NCBI GenBank assembly: GCA_947628515.1
Contig: CANRAG010000002.1
Span: 458-64,457 of the forward strand
Reading direction: 5' to 3'
From: an uncultured Clostridia bacterium
GTDB lineage: Bacteria > Bacillota > Clostridia > UBA1381
Length of the DNA stretch: 64,000 nt
Part shown: piece by piece, positions 35,989-44,914 of the stretch
Layout of the letters: each line of letters opens with the position of its first letter
Numbering within the stretch: position 1 is the stretch's first letter
Made by a program: the position numbers and the translations under genes
Notes under the pieces: generated by a model
The model's database searches: none
What the model saw: the letters and a program-made list of their open reading frames with translations, nothing else
What the model was told of the DNA's origin: nothing

Positions 35989-36017
35989 TTGACTTTGGCA
36001 TTTGTATATGGTAGTAT
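35989..36017 (+). promoter_or_regulatory. Sigma-A-type promoter of the GH38-GH88 pair (TTGACT-N17-TAGTAT), overlapped by a 7-bp inverted repeat
   Basis: -35 TTGACT at 35989-35994 and -10 TAGTAT at 36012-36017. The inverted repeat TGCCAAA (35975-35981) / TTTGGCA (35994-36000) straddles the -35. Confidence 0.45.
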
Positions 36018-36060
36018 TTAGGTATTGATTACTATAATACGGAAACGGAGGTTCATAAGG

Positions 36061-39018
36061 ATGCCCTATCTTGACAATGATATGAAAGCCATAATCAAAT
36101 ATCGTATGGACAGCATCGAAAGCGCCATGTATACCGTCGTCGGCGAGCTTGGTATCACGGCGTACCGCACAAAGGAGCCGGTCCCCTTTTCGGAAAGGAC
36201 GTCCGGAGAGCGGCTTGACCTTAAAATCGGCGACAGCTGGGGCGAAAAGTGGGACTGTGCATGGTTTCGCTTTACCGGGACGGCGCCCGACGGCGACGGG
36301 CGCGAAGCGGCGCTTATTATCGATATAAACGGTGAGCTATGCATTTTTGACGGGCAAGGCTGCCCGATACGCGGACTTACAAATGTCAGCTCGGATTTCG
36401 ATCGCAGTCTCGGAAAACCCGGGAAAAGAATATATCATCTTCCGGCGGGAACGCGGGAAATAGATATATGGGGCGACGCCGGCTGCAACGACCTTTTCGG
36501 GCACCGCAAAGAGAACGCGGCGATAAAGGAAGCGTATACCGCGCTCGTAAACGAGGACGCGCGCGGGCTGTACTATGACCTTGAGGTGCTGTATGAGCTT
36601 ATGGAGCAGCTTCCCGACGACAGCGCGCGCGGAAAAAGCATATTGTGTACAATGTTTGACGCGGTAAGAGAGCTGGACGAGATAAACAGCGAAACGGCGC
36701 GCGCCGCGCGAGCTCGGCTTTGTACGGAGCTTAATAAAAAAGGCGGAACGCCGTCGCTTAAAATTCTTGCGAGCGGACATTCGCATCTGGACCTCGCCTG
36801 GCTTTGGCCTATACGCGAAACAAAGCGCAAAGCGGCGAGAACCTTTGCGACGGCGATTGCCATGATGGAGCGCTATCCCGACTATATATTCGGCGCGACG
36901 CAGCCGCAGGCATACGCGTGGGTAAAGGAGCAGTACCCCGCATTGTACGAGAAGGTTAAGCAAAAGGTCGCTGAAGGCAGATGGGAGCCGCAGGGCGCTA
37001 TGTGGGTGGAGGCGGACACAAACATATCGGGCGGCGAGGCACTTATACGTCAGATAATATACGGCAAGCGGTTTTTCAAGGATGAATTCGGCGCTGATAT
37101 TGACACGCTGTTTCTGCCGGACGTTTTCGGATACACCGGCGCGCTGCCGCAAATAATGAAAAAAACGGGAATTGAGTATTTCCTGACCATAAAGCTTTCA
37201 TGGAATGTATATAACACATTCCCGCACCATTCTTTTATATGGAAGGGCATAGACGGCAGCGAGGTTATCGTCCATATGCCGCCCGAGGGCGTGTATAACA
37301 GTTCCGCGTCGCCGCGCGCCGCGCGTTTTATCGAGAAAAGCTTTATAGACAAGGGGCGTCTTGACGAATGTCTTATGCTTTTCGGCATAGGCGACGGAGG
37401 CGGCGGTCCCGGCATGGAGCATCTCGAACGGCTGAAAAGGGAAAAGAACCTCGACGGAATTGCTCCCATAGAGCAGGAGCCTACAAGTAAATTCTTCAAG
37501 CGGCTTACGCGTGACCGGGACAAGCTCAAAGTCTGGAGCGGTGAACTGTATCTCGAAAAGCATCAGGGCACATACACCACGCAGGCTGTGAGCAAGCTGT
37601 ACAACAGAAGGTCGGAGTACGCGCTGCGGGAGCTGGAATTTGCCGATGTGCTAAGCGGCAGGAGAAGCACGAGCAAGGACAGGCTTGACGATATATGGAA
37701 GGAAGTGCTTTTGTACCAATTTCACGATGTTCTCCCCGGCTCGTCAATAGACAGGGTTTATGACGAATCGCGCGAGCGATGCCGCAAAATACTTACCGAG
37801 CTTGAATACTCAACTGTCGATATATACAATTCGGTTTTTGACAGAGCCGGCGAAGGCTTTACCGCCGTTAACACCGCGCCGTATAGGAGAAGCGAATGGA
37901 TAAAGCACGGCGGGGAATGGTTCTTTGTCACCGTGCCGCCCATGGGATACGCCGCTATAACCGAAGCGGCGAGCCCCGAAAAAGCGGTGTACGCGGCAGA
38001 CAGCACGCTATCTAACGACGAGCTGAAAATCACATTTAACCTTGACGGTACCGTAGCGTCCGTGCTTGACATTAGGACGGGGCGCGAATACATAAGCGGG
38101 GACTCAAATGTTCTGGAGATATACGAGGATAACGGTAACGCGTGGGATTTCAGTATCCTTGCCCGTGACATGGCACGCAAGCGCTGCAAGCTTATAAAAT
38201 CCGAATATTATACGGACGGGCCCGCCGCTGTTTGCGAGCACACATTCGCTGTCGGCAGTTCCGAAATCGTTCAGAAAATTGTTCTGACCCTCGGCTCGCG
38301 CCGCGTTGATTTCGTGACAAGAGTGGACTGGTGGGAAACGCACAAAATGTTAAGAACGTCATTTGCCGCGAACGTCATGACAAATCACGTCACCTGCGAT
38401 ATACAGTTCGGAAACATAAAGAGAACCAATAATACGAACACAATGATAGATACGGCGCAGTATGAGATATGCGCGCACAAGTGGATAGACCTGTCGCAGG
38501 CAGATTACGGCGTGTCCCTGCTTAATAACTGCAAGTACGGACACAGTGTAAACGGCAATATTATGGACATAAATCTGCTTAGAAGCACCACCGCGCCCGG
38601 CGAGACTGCGGATAAGGGAGTTCATGAGTTCACATATTCGTTCTATCCCCACGAGGGCGGCACAAACGCCGGCGGCACAGACGCGGAAGGATATAAACTC
38701 AATATGCCCGTAAGATGCATTGACAAACTGCCGCCAAAAAACAGTTTCTCGTTAGTTAAAACGGATAAAAGTAATATAGTCGTTGAAACCGTCAAGTACG
38801 CCGAGGACGGCGATGATATAATAATCCGCGCATATGAGAACAGCGGCGCCCGCGCCCGCGCGGTGTTCACGCTCGGTATAGATATAGACGGGGCGTATCT
38901 GACGGACATGACGGAGGAAAACCCAAGGCGTATCGACGCGGACAAAAACAGCTTCAGCGTCGATTTCAATCCGTTTGAAATAAACACTATACGCTTAAAA
39001 AAGGCTGTAAATAAATAA
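36061..39018 (+). CDS. GH38 alpha-mannosidase (cytoplasmic type)
   Basis: ILASGHSHLDLAWLWPIRETKRKAARTF is the GH38 metal/nucleophile region, with LFGIGDGGGGP and YLEKHQGTYT also present. The length is about 985 aa. ATG 36061 (MPYLDND) follows GGAGG. The track start at 36025 is an upstream alternative codon. Confidence 0.85.
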   Translation: MPYLDNDMKAIIKYRMDSIESAMYTVVGELGITAYRTKEPVPFSERTSGERLDLKIGDSWGEKWDCAWFRFTGTAPDGDGREAALIIDINGELCIFDGQGCPIRGLTNVSSDFDRSLGKPGKRIYHLPAGTREIDIWGDAGCNDLFGHRKENAAIKEAYTALVNEDARGLYYDLEVLYELMEQLPDDSARGKSILCTMFDAVRELDEINSETARAARARLCTELNKKGGTPSLKILASGHSHLDLAWLWPIRETKRKAARTFATAIAMMERYPDYIFGATQPQAYAWVKEQYPALYEKVKQKVAEGRWEPQGAMWVEADTNISGGEALIRQIIYGKRFFKDEFGADIDTLFLPDVFGYTGALPQIMKKTGIEYFLTIKLSWNVYNTFPHHSFIWKGIDGSEVIVHMPPEGVYNSSASPRAARFIEKSFIDKGRLDECLMLFGIGDGGGGPGMEHLERLKREKNLDGIAPIEQEPTSKFFKRLTRDRDKLKVWSGELYLEKHQGTYTTQAVSKLYNRRSEYALRELEFADVLSGRRSTSKDRLDDIWKEVLLYQFHDVLPGSSIDRVYDESRERCRKILTELEYSTVDIYNSVFDRAGEGFTAVNTAPYRRSEWIKHGGEWFFVTVPPMGYAAITEAASPEKAVYAADSTLSNDELKITFNLDGTVASVLDIRTGREYISGDSNVLEIYEDNGNAWDFSILARDMARKRCKLIKSEYYTDGPAAVCEHTFAVGSSEIVQKIVLTLGSRRVDFVTRVDWWETHKMLRTSFAANVMTNHVTCDIQFGNIKRTNNTNTMIDTAQYEICAHKWIDLSQADYGVSLLNNCKYGHSVNGNIMDINLLRSTTAPGETADKGVHEFTYSFYPHEGGTNAGGTDAEGYKLNMPVRCIDKLPPKNSFSLVKTDKSNIVVETVKYAEDGDDIIIRAYENSGARARAVFTLGIDIDGAYLTDMTEENPRRIDADKNSFSVDFNPFEINTIRLKKAVNK

Positions 39019-39042
39019 TTACTGTAAAGGAGATGGCACAAA

Positions 39043-40173
39043 ATGTTTAACTTAAACGAAGCCGATAGAAAATTCACAGAGGAAATGTGGAGCAAAATAG
39101 ACAATAAGATGAAAGCGGTCGTCCCGCGCACCGTCGGCAAGATACCGTCGAAATCGGAAAACGGAAAATTCGATAATATGGTCGAGAAGGACATTACATG
39201 GTGGACTAACGGATTTTGGCCCGGAATGATGTGGCTTCTGTATGTTGGAACCAAAAACGATATATATAAAAACGCAGCCGAAATCGCAGAGGAGCAGCTT
39301 GACGCGGCATTTTCGGAATACGACCTCCTGCATCATGACGTGGGATTTATGTGGAATATTTCAAGCGGCGTTAATTATCGTTTGTTCGGAGGCAAAAAAT
39401 CAAAAGTGAGAACATCTATCGCAGCCGACATTTTAGCCTCACGCTATAACGCGAGCGGTAAATTTATACGCGCGTGGAACGAGGACAAAGTGGGCTGGGT
39501 AATAATCGACTGTATGATGAATATACCCATTCTGTATTGGGCGAGCAGAGAGTATAACGATCCGAGATTTAAGTATATCGCAATGAACCATGCGGACACG
39601 GTCATGAAAACGCATATCCGCCCCGACGGTTCGGTTAATCATATAGTCAATCTCGACACGGTTACCGGCGAGCCGATAGAATCGTTCGGCGGGCAGGGGT
39701 ACTGTGACGGCTCATCATGGTCAAGAGGTCAGGCATGGGCTATATACGGCTATGTTCTAAGCTATATTCACACGGGTAAGCAGGAGTATCTCGATACCGC
39801 AAAGAGTGTCGCGCACTATTTCATTTCCTGCGTGTGCGGCGACTGGCTGCCGAGAGCCGATTTCAGATGTCCCGACGAGCCGGTTATATACGACTCCACC
39901 GCCGGCGCGTGCGCGGCATGCGGCATGCTTGAGATTGCGCGTTGTGTCGGAGAGCATGAGAAAAAGCTGTATCTAAACGCGGCGCTAAATATCTTAAAGG
40001 CAATGGAAAAAGAATTTTGCTGCTGGGACGATACGGTGGATTCAATCCTCGGCATGGGCACCGGAGCATACCACGAAAGCCCGCAGGAAAGACATACGCC
40101 GATTATCTACGGTGATTACTTCTTCATTGAGGCAATCTATAAATTAAAAGGCTTTGATATGTTGTTCTGGTAA
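39043..40173 (+). CDS. GH88 unsaturated glucuronyl hydrolase-like enzyme
   Basis: 376 aa. WWTNGFWPGMMWLLY, HHDVGFMW and SRGQAWAIYGY are typical (alpha/alpha)6 GH88/GH105 blocks. There is no signal peptide. It starts 24 nt after GH38. Confidence 0.75.
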   Translation: MFNLNEADRKFTEEMWSKIDNKMKAVVPRTVGKIPSKSENGKFDNMVEKDITWWTNGFWPGMMWLLYVGTKNDIYKNAAEIAEEQLDAAFSEYDLLHHDVGFMWNISSGVNYRLFGGKKSKVRTSIAADILASRYNASGKFIRAWNEDKVGWVIIDCMMNIPILYWASREYNDPRFKYIAMNHADTVMKTHIRPDGSVNHIVNLDTVTGEPIESFGGQGYCDGSSWSRGQAWAIYGYVLSYIHTGKQEYLDTAKSVAHYFISCVCGDWLPRADFRCPDEPVIYDSTAGACAACGMLEIARCVGEHEKKLYLNAALNILKAMEKEFCCWDDTVDSILGMGTGAYHESPQERHTPIIYGDYFFIEAIYKLKGFDMLFW

Positions 40174-40187
40174 TCCTATCCTAAACC

Positions 40188-40232
40188 TAAAAGAGAGAGG
40201 GAGCCGCTTTCGCGGCTCCCTCTCTCTTTATT
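40188..40232. terminator. Strong bidirectional hairpin terminator
   Basis: A 17-bp perfect stem AAGAGAGAGGGAGCCGC (40191-40207) / GCGGCTCCCTCTCTCTT (40212-40228) with a TTTC loop, between the convergent GH88 and GH130 strings. Confidence 0.7.
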
Positions 40233-40377
40233 CAAGCTTTACATATTCAAGAAACTTATCCGCGATAAACGCGTGTTCCACCGAGTTCGGATGAACTCCG
40301 TCCTGTGAGTACCGCTCCGGCTCCGACACGATATACCGCGCCGCAAACAGACCGTCATTCTCGGTTTTTCCGTCTTT
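40228..40377 (-). pseudogene. C-terminal remnant (49 codons) of an SGNH/GDSL esterase gene
   Basis: My own translation of the frame closed by TGA at 40378-40380 is KDGKTENDGLFAARYIVSEPERYSQDGVHPNSVEHAFIADKFLEYVKLE*. DGVHPN...H..IA is SGNH block V (catalytic Asp-x-x-His). There is no start codon, RBS or N-terminal blocks. It lies between the GH130 stop and the terminator. Confidence 0.45.
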
Positions 40378-40401
40378 TCACTTATAGCCGCTTCTCCTTT
40401 T

Positions 40402-41394
40402 TTAGTCATAGCAAAACTCCTGATGCGTTTTAATAAACTCAACAAGCTCGTCAACCTGCGTGTATGCCATCGCGACCACGGTGTCCGCAGCTCCGTAGTA
40501 AATGGCAATTCTGCCCGTGGGCGCGTCGCATAGCGCCGCGCACGGGAATACCACGTTTGGAACGTCGCCCACGCACTCATACTGTGTGCGCGGCGCGAGC
40601 AGGTACGGTTTAGCTCTGTACTTAACCTTCCACGGCTTGTCCGCGTCAAGAATAGCCGCGCCCATACTGTAGTTTAAACCCTGACAGGTTTCCAATACGC
40701 CGTGGTAGAAAAGCAGCCAGCCTTCTCTTGTTTCGATGGGGATAGGGCCTGCGCCAATTTTTACCCAGTCCCACGCGCTGTCCGGCGACATAACATGCCT
40801 GTGTCTGCCCCAGAATGTCATGTCGGGACTTTCACTGTAGAAAATATCGCCGAAATTAGTATGTCCGTTATCACTCGGACGGCTTAGCATGGCGAAGTTG
40901 CCGTTTATCCGCTTCGGGAACATTACCCCGTTTCTGTTACAGGGCAGAAACGCGTTTTCAAGCTGGTAAAACTTATCAAAATCGAACGTGTACGCCACTC
41001 CGATTGTAGGGCCGTGATAGCCGTTACACCATGTCACGTAATATCTGTCCTCGATAAAACACACTCGCGGATCATAACCGAAAACAAAATTATTTATCTC
41101 GTCGTTATCGCTTATGAACTTAATCGGATTGGGTTTTATCTCCCAGTTAATTCCGTCGCTGCTCCTGCCGCAGTACAGCTTCTGCACGCGGCATGTGTCA
41201 TCGCTTCTGAACACCCCGCGAAATTCACCCTTATACGGCACGACAGCGCTGTTGAATATGCTGTTGGAATTTTTTATCGCATCCCGCGTTATGATGGGAT
41301 TTTTCGAGCTTCGCCACACAACGTCGGTACAGCCTTTGGGTCTGTCCTCCCACGGCATGTTCTCGATTGCGCTGCCTATTATCATATTGCTCAT
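40402..41394 (-). CDS. GH130 beta-mannoside phosphorylase/hydrolase-like enzyme
   Basis: [61 protein letters not shown] and YSMGAAILD show the typical 5-bladed propeller GH130 pattern. ATG 41394 is the likely start; the track's 41412 is TTG. Confidence 0.8.
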   Translation of the reverse strand: MSNMIIGSAIENMPWEDRPKGCTDVVWRSSKNPIITRDAIKNSNSIFNSAVVPYKGEFRGVFRSDDTCRVQKLYCGRSSDGINWEIKPNPIKFISDNDEINNFVFGYDPRVCFIEDRYYVTWCNGYHGPTIGVAYTFDFDKFYQLENAFLPCNRNGVMFPKRINGNFAMLSRPSDNGHTNFGDIFYSESPDMTFWGRHRHVMSPDSAWDWVKIGAGPIPIETREGWLLFYHGVLETCQGLNYSMGAAILDADKPWKVKYRAKPYLLAPRTQYECVGDVPNVVFPCAALCDAPTGRIAIYYGAADTVVAMAYTQVDELVEFIKTHQEFCYD

Positions 41395-41427
41395 ACCGAT
41401 TAATCCTTTCAATTCTTAATGTTTCTG

Positions 41428-44400
41428 TTATTGTTCAAGCCCAAATACGTCTGAAATCGGCGTCATCGATTTCGCGCTGTCCCACACGAACGCTTTCGCG
41501 GTACAGCCGCTGAGTCCGTCCGTGTTCAAGCTGCCCTTAAACGCGGTCTTTGTCAGACTCTCTCCGTCAAACTCCTTAATCTCCACATCGACCAGCCTGC
41601 CGCTTTCATCATAGAGCGCTACCGCCAGCGCGGCATGTTTTGAAACGGACGGGTGGTCGTTACGAACTCTTACGGCATAGTCTGCCGTATCACCCTTTAT
41701 GTCAAGCGTGCCGGAAACAATACGCAATGTGTCGTCGTCGTTTAGCTTGTACATCTTTATATAGTCAAAGTTCCAATATACCGATGTAACGAGATCCGTC
41801 TCCGCGTCGCCGTCGTTTGACATATTATCGTCAGCGGGACATACGTTCATATATAGTCTTATTCCGTTTTCAAATAACGCGTTTGTATTAAGGTTGTCGC
41901 ATTTGAACTCGTTTATAAGCCTTCCGTCCGATATTGTATAAACCTTGCCGGTTACGGGGTCTATAACAAATTTCACCGTGCGATAGCCGTCGTCAGCTCC
42001 GGGCGTATATATCTCCGCGCTGACATTTGAGTTGGCGTAAATATTGAAATTGGTCAGAGCCAACGCCAGACGCGCCTTCGGCGAAGCGCCCGTTTCGTAG
42101 TCGTCAAGCGTCACCTTGTATCTTGACTCTATCACAATGGGCTTGTCTATCGCTATAGTTGCGGGCGCGGGCGTAAGGACTTGGAGATACCCGCCCCAGA
42201 TCGACTTCTTCTGCTGTCTTACAATAAAGACATCGCTTGTGCTGCCCGACATTACGCCCGACGTCGAATTGAGCATTCCGCCGCCTTCCGTTATCGCTCC
42301 CGCTTGATCGTTTACCGTTATATTATCGTCTATATCCAGAATATATGAGTCCGCTATAAACGGTTTTTCCTCGGCCTCCGCTATGACATTTGTCGAAACC
42401 GTCTCTCCCGCCTCTATCGGGGTGGGAACACCGTCAACATTTGCCCACACCGTTATATCCGACGGATTGTACAGCTTTACTCCGTCCGGCGCGTTTGTTA
42501 CGGTAAGCTGACGGCACGCCGTTACGTAATCGACAAGCTCTATTGTAGTCGGATTCCATATGGTATCGCTGTTGTCCTCAAGATATTTGGCAAATATCTC
42601 GAACTTATCCCATATATCGCCTCTCGGCTCATCCTCATCCGCGCTAAACTGCCAGGCGTGACCGGCAAGGAAAAGCATCTTCCATTCGGACGAGGCGTCC
42701 AGAGCCTTAAACTCATCCATGAATTTCTCGGTCGTTCCGTTTTGCCAATCTCGTTCCACAGACACCCAACCTGTCGGGTTCAAATCATAGAAGCTTGCCG
42801 GAACATCATATTTACCGGTCATTATGCAGTTTCTCGCGTATCTGTAGCCCACGCTCTGAATTATGCCGAGCCTTACAGGGTCCGACGACGCGCTGCACGC
42901 GTACGGGTACGCCAATCCGCCTATCGGGCTGCCCCAATTGTTATCAAGCGTTGTTTTGGATAGCTCCAGTTCTCTTAAAAACTCGTCGTTGGTCGCCTCG
43001 TCAAGCTGAGGATGAGTGTTGCTGTGCGATGCAACCTCCATGCCGGCATAGTATTCTTTTAAGTTCTCCAAAGTTCTGGGCGCGTAATTGCCCGGTACTA
43101 TATTAAATGTGGCCTTTGCATTATGCCGACGGAGAATTTCTATCGCTTTCAAATCTTGGTCAACACACCAGTCAGCGCCGTCGTCAAGGCTTATCACCGC
43201 CGCCTTCATCTTACCGTCCGGGTACGCTCTTACTATACTGTCTTTGAGTTCGGACGGGATCGGTACCGCTGTCGGAACGGGGTTTGCCGTGGGATATTCC
43301 TCATTATCCGTGCCCGTGATCGGGTCGGGAATATCATCCGTCTGATACGCCGTCATAGAATAAATTTCCCAGTTTACGGTCGTGGGAAGCTCCGCCGTGC
43401 CGTCGTCCGTGCCAACGTTAAAGTTCTCGCCGTTCTCGCCTCTGTCTTTCGGGATTGCAACAGGAGCCAATCTGAAGTTCAAACCGTCTCCGCCGTCGTC
43501 ACTCTGCCCGTAATTAGCTATTGTTGTAAGATCCTTCTCGCTTCTGTCCTCAATAGAATATGCCGCTCCGTCATAGCTATAGTAAATTCTCGCGCAGTTC
43601 GGGTTTGTTTCGTTGCCGCTTGACGCTATAACGAACCGTACCGTATGCATTTTATCCTTTTCCTTTTCGGTAATCTGCCTGCCCTTCCACGTCATACTGT
43701 TCGTTTCGTTGATATAAGTCTTTTCGTGGAACAGTTTAACTCCCACAAACGGTGAGTCCTTTGTATAGTCCGCAAGCGAAACCTTGAACTTCACATCGAG
43801 CACGATATTTTTATCGGTTGTGAAGCCCTTTCCCGGGATTTTGAATACGGTTTTATATTCGCTCGCTTTCGTTTGCTCAACCTTTATCGGCTCGCTCGAC
43901 ACGGTTCTCGCGGCGTCCGAATATACTCTTGTCGCCCCTGTCGTGCCGAAGAAGGAAACCGTTTCGCTGCCGGTCTGTGAAATCGTATTGTTCGTATCGT
44001 CAAAATATTTTTGGTCGCTCAAATTAAGGATATACTCCTTGTCCGCCTCCGACGGGTCCGGCGTCGCCTTGGGCGGCTCGGGCTCCTCGTCCGTTTGGTA
44101 TGCCTTAAATGAGTAGAATTCCCAATTTACCGGCGTGTCAAGCGGAGTTTCTCCATCTACTATTTCGCCGTCTCTGCCCACGCTCGGCAAGGACACAGGC
44201 ATAAATCTTAGCATCGCCGTGTCGCCTCCGTCACCGTCACGTCCCCAGTTTTCCGCGTCCGCCGGAATAACGGGATCGCTTATAACGGTCGTTTTATAGT
44301 CCGCGCCGTCAAGACTGTATTTTATGGCCGCGTTACCGTCGCCGTCTTTGGAAAATACATACCGCATATGATGACGCTTATCCTTCATGCCGCTTGTGAG

Positions 44401-44856
44401 CTTCATACCGCGCCATTCCATGCCGTTACAATTTATGTAATTATTTTTCGTATACAGTCTTAATCCAACATACGGCGACGGCTTGGAATAGTCGTCAAGG
44501 TATACCTTGAACTCGATATCGACCACGGTATTCTTGTCAACGGAAAAATTCTTCGCCTCCGTTTGGAACGCGCCTTGCCAGTCCGACATGATGGTTTGAG
44601 TTACTTTAATCGGCTCGTCGGATACCTTATCCTGGCCGTTTGAGGTTATACTGGATCCCGGGCCTCCGTAATAGGATAAATCCGCACTGCCATCCTGCGT
44701 GGTTGTATTGTTTGTATGGTTAAAAATCTTTGCGTCACTGATGTTAAGAATGTAGTCACCGTCAACGGCGAGAGCCGCAAGCGGCGTGAATGCGGAAATA
44801 AGCATTGCCGCGCCCACCAATGACGACAATATTCTCCTACCGTATTTTTGTGTCAT
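41428..44856 (-). CDS. Secreted 1142-aa protein: two N-terminal unassigned modules (paralogous to the 602-aa protein), CE4 polysaccharide deacetylase (NodB) domain, a third divergent module, C-terminal Ig-like domain
   Basis: Signal peptide ...FTPLAALAVDG. The CE4 motifs are VISLDDGADW (TFDDG-like), ASHSNTHPQL (H-S/T-x-x-H) and LAYPYA. The third module is marked by YKVTLDDYETGASP...VYWNFDYIKMYKL. The C-terminal region is ...LAVALYDESGRLV...AKAFVWDSAKSMTPI. Confidence 0.8.
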   Translation of the reverse strand: MTQKYGRRILSSLVGAAMLISAFTPLAALAVDGDYILNISDAKIFNHTNNTTTQDGSADLSYYGGPGSSITSNGQDKVSDEPIKVTQTIMSDWQGAFQTEAKNFSVDKNTVVDIEFKVYLDDYSKPSPYVGLRLYTKNNYINCNGMEWRGMKLTSGMKDKRHHMRYVFSKDGDGNAAIKYSLDGADYKTTVISDPVIPADAENWGRDGDGGDTAMLRFMPVSLPSVGRDGEIVDGETPLDTPVNWEFYSFKAYQTDEEPEPPKATPDPSEADKEYILNLSDQKYFDDTNNTISQTGSETVSFFGTTGATRVYSDAARTVSSEPIKVEQTKASEYKTVFKIPGKGFTTDKNIVLDVKFKVSLADYTKDSPFVGVKLFHEKTYINETNSMTWKGRQITEKEKDKMHTVRFVIASSGNETNPNCARIYYSYDGAAYSIEDRSEKDLTTIANYGQSDDGGDGLNFRLAPVAIPKDRGENGENFNVGTDDGTAELPTTVNWEIYSMTAYQTDDIPDPITGTDNEEYPTANPVPTAVPIPSELKDSIVRAYPDGKMKAAVISLDDGADWCVDQDLKAIEILRRHNAKATFNIVPGNYAPRTLENLKEYYAGMEVASHSNTHPQLDEATNDEFLRELELSKTTLDNNWGSPIGGLAYPYACSASSDPVRLGIIQSVGYRYARNCIMTGKYDVPASFYDLNPTGWVSVERDWQNGTTEKFMDEFKALDASSEWKMLFLAGHAWQFSADEDEPRGDIWDKFEIFAKYLEDNSDTIWNPTTIELVDYVTACRQLTVTNAPDGVKLYNPSDITVWANVDGVPTPIEAGETVSTNVIAEAEEKPFIADSYILDIDDNITVNDQAGAITEGGGMLNSTSGVMSGSTSDVFIVRQQKKSIWGGYLQVLTPAPATIAIDKPIVIESRYKVTLDDYETGASPKARLALALTNFNIYANSNVSAEIYTPGADDGYRTVKFVIDPVTGKVYTISDGRLINEFKCDNLNTNALFENGIRLYMNVCPADDNMSNDGDAETDLVTSVYWNFDYIKMYKLNDDDTLRIVSGTLDIKGDTADYAVRVRNDHPSVSKHAALAVALYDESGRLVDVEIKEFDGESLTKTAFKGSLNTDGLSGCTAKAFVWDSAKSMTPISDVFGLEQ

Positions 44857-44914
44857 GTTCCTTCCTCCCTGTTCTTTTTTATCACATATCCGCGCACGGC
44901 GAATAAAATGAGTC

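Noticed and set aside
40239-40649. 136-aa minus-strand ORF spanning the GH130 3' end
   Set aside because: It is out of frame with GH130 and Arg/Thr-rich. The only meaningful reading in 40228-40377 is the SGNH block-V remnant in another frame.
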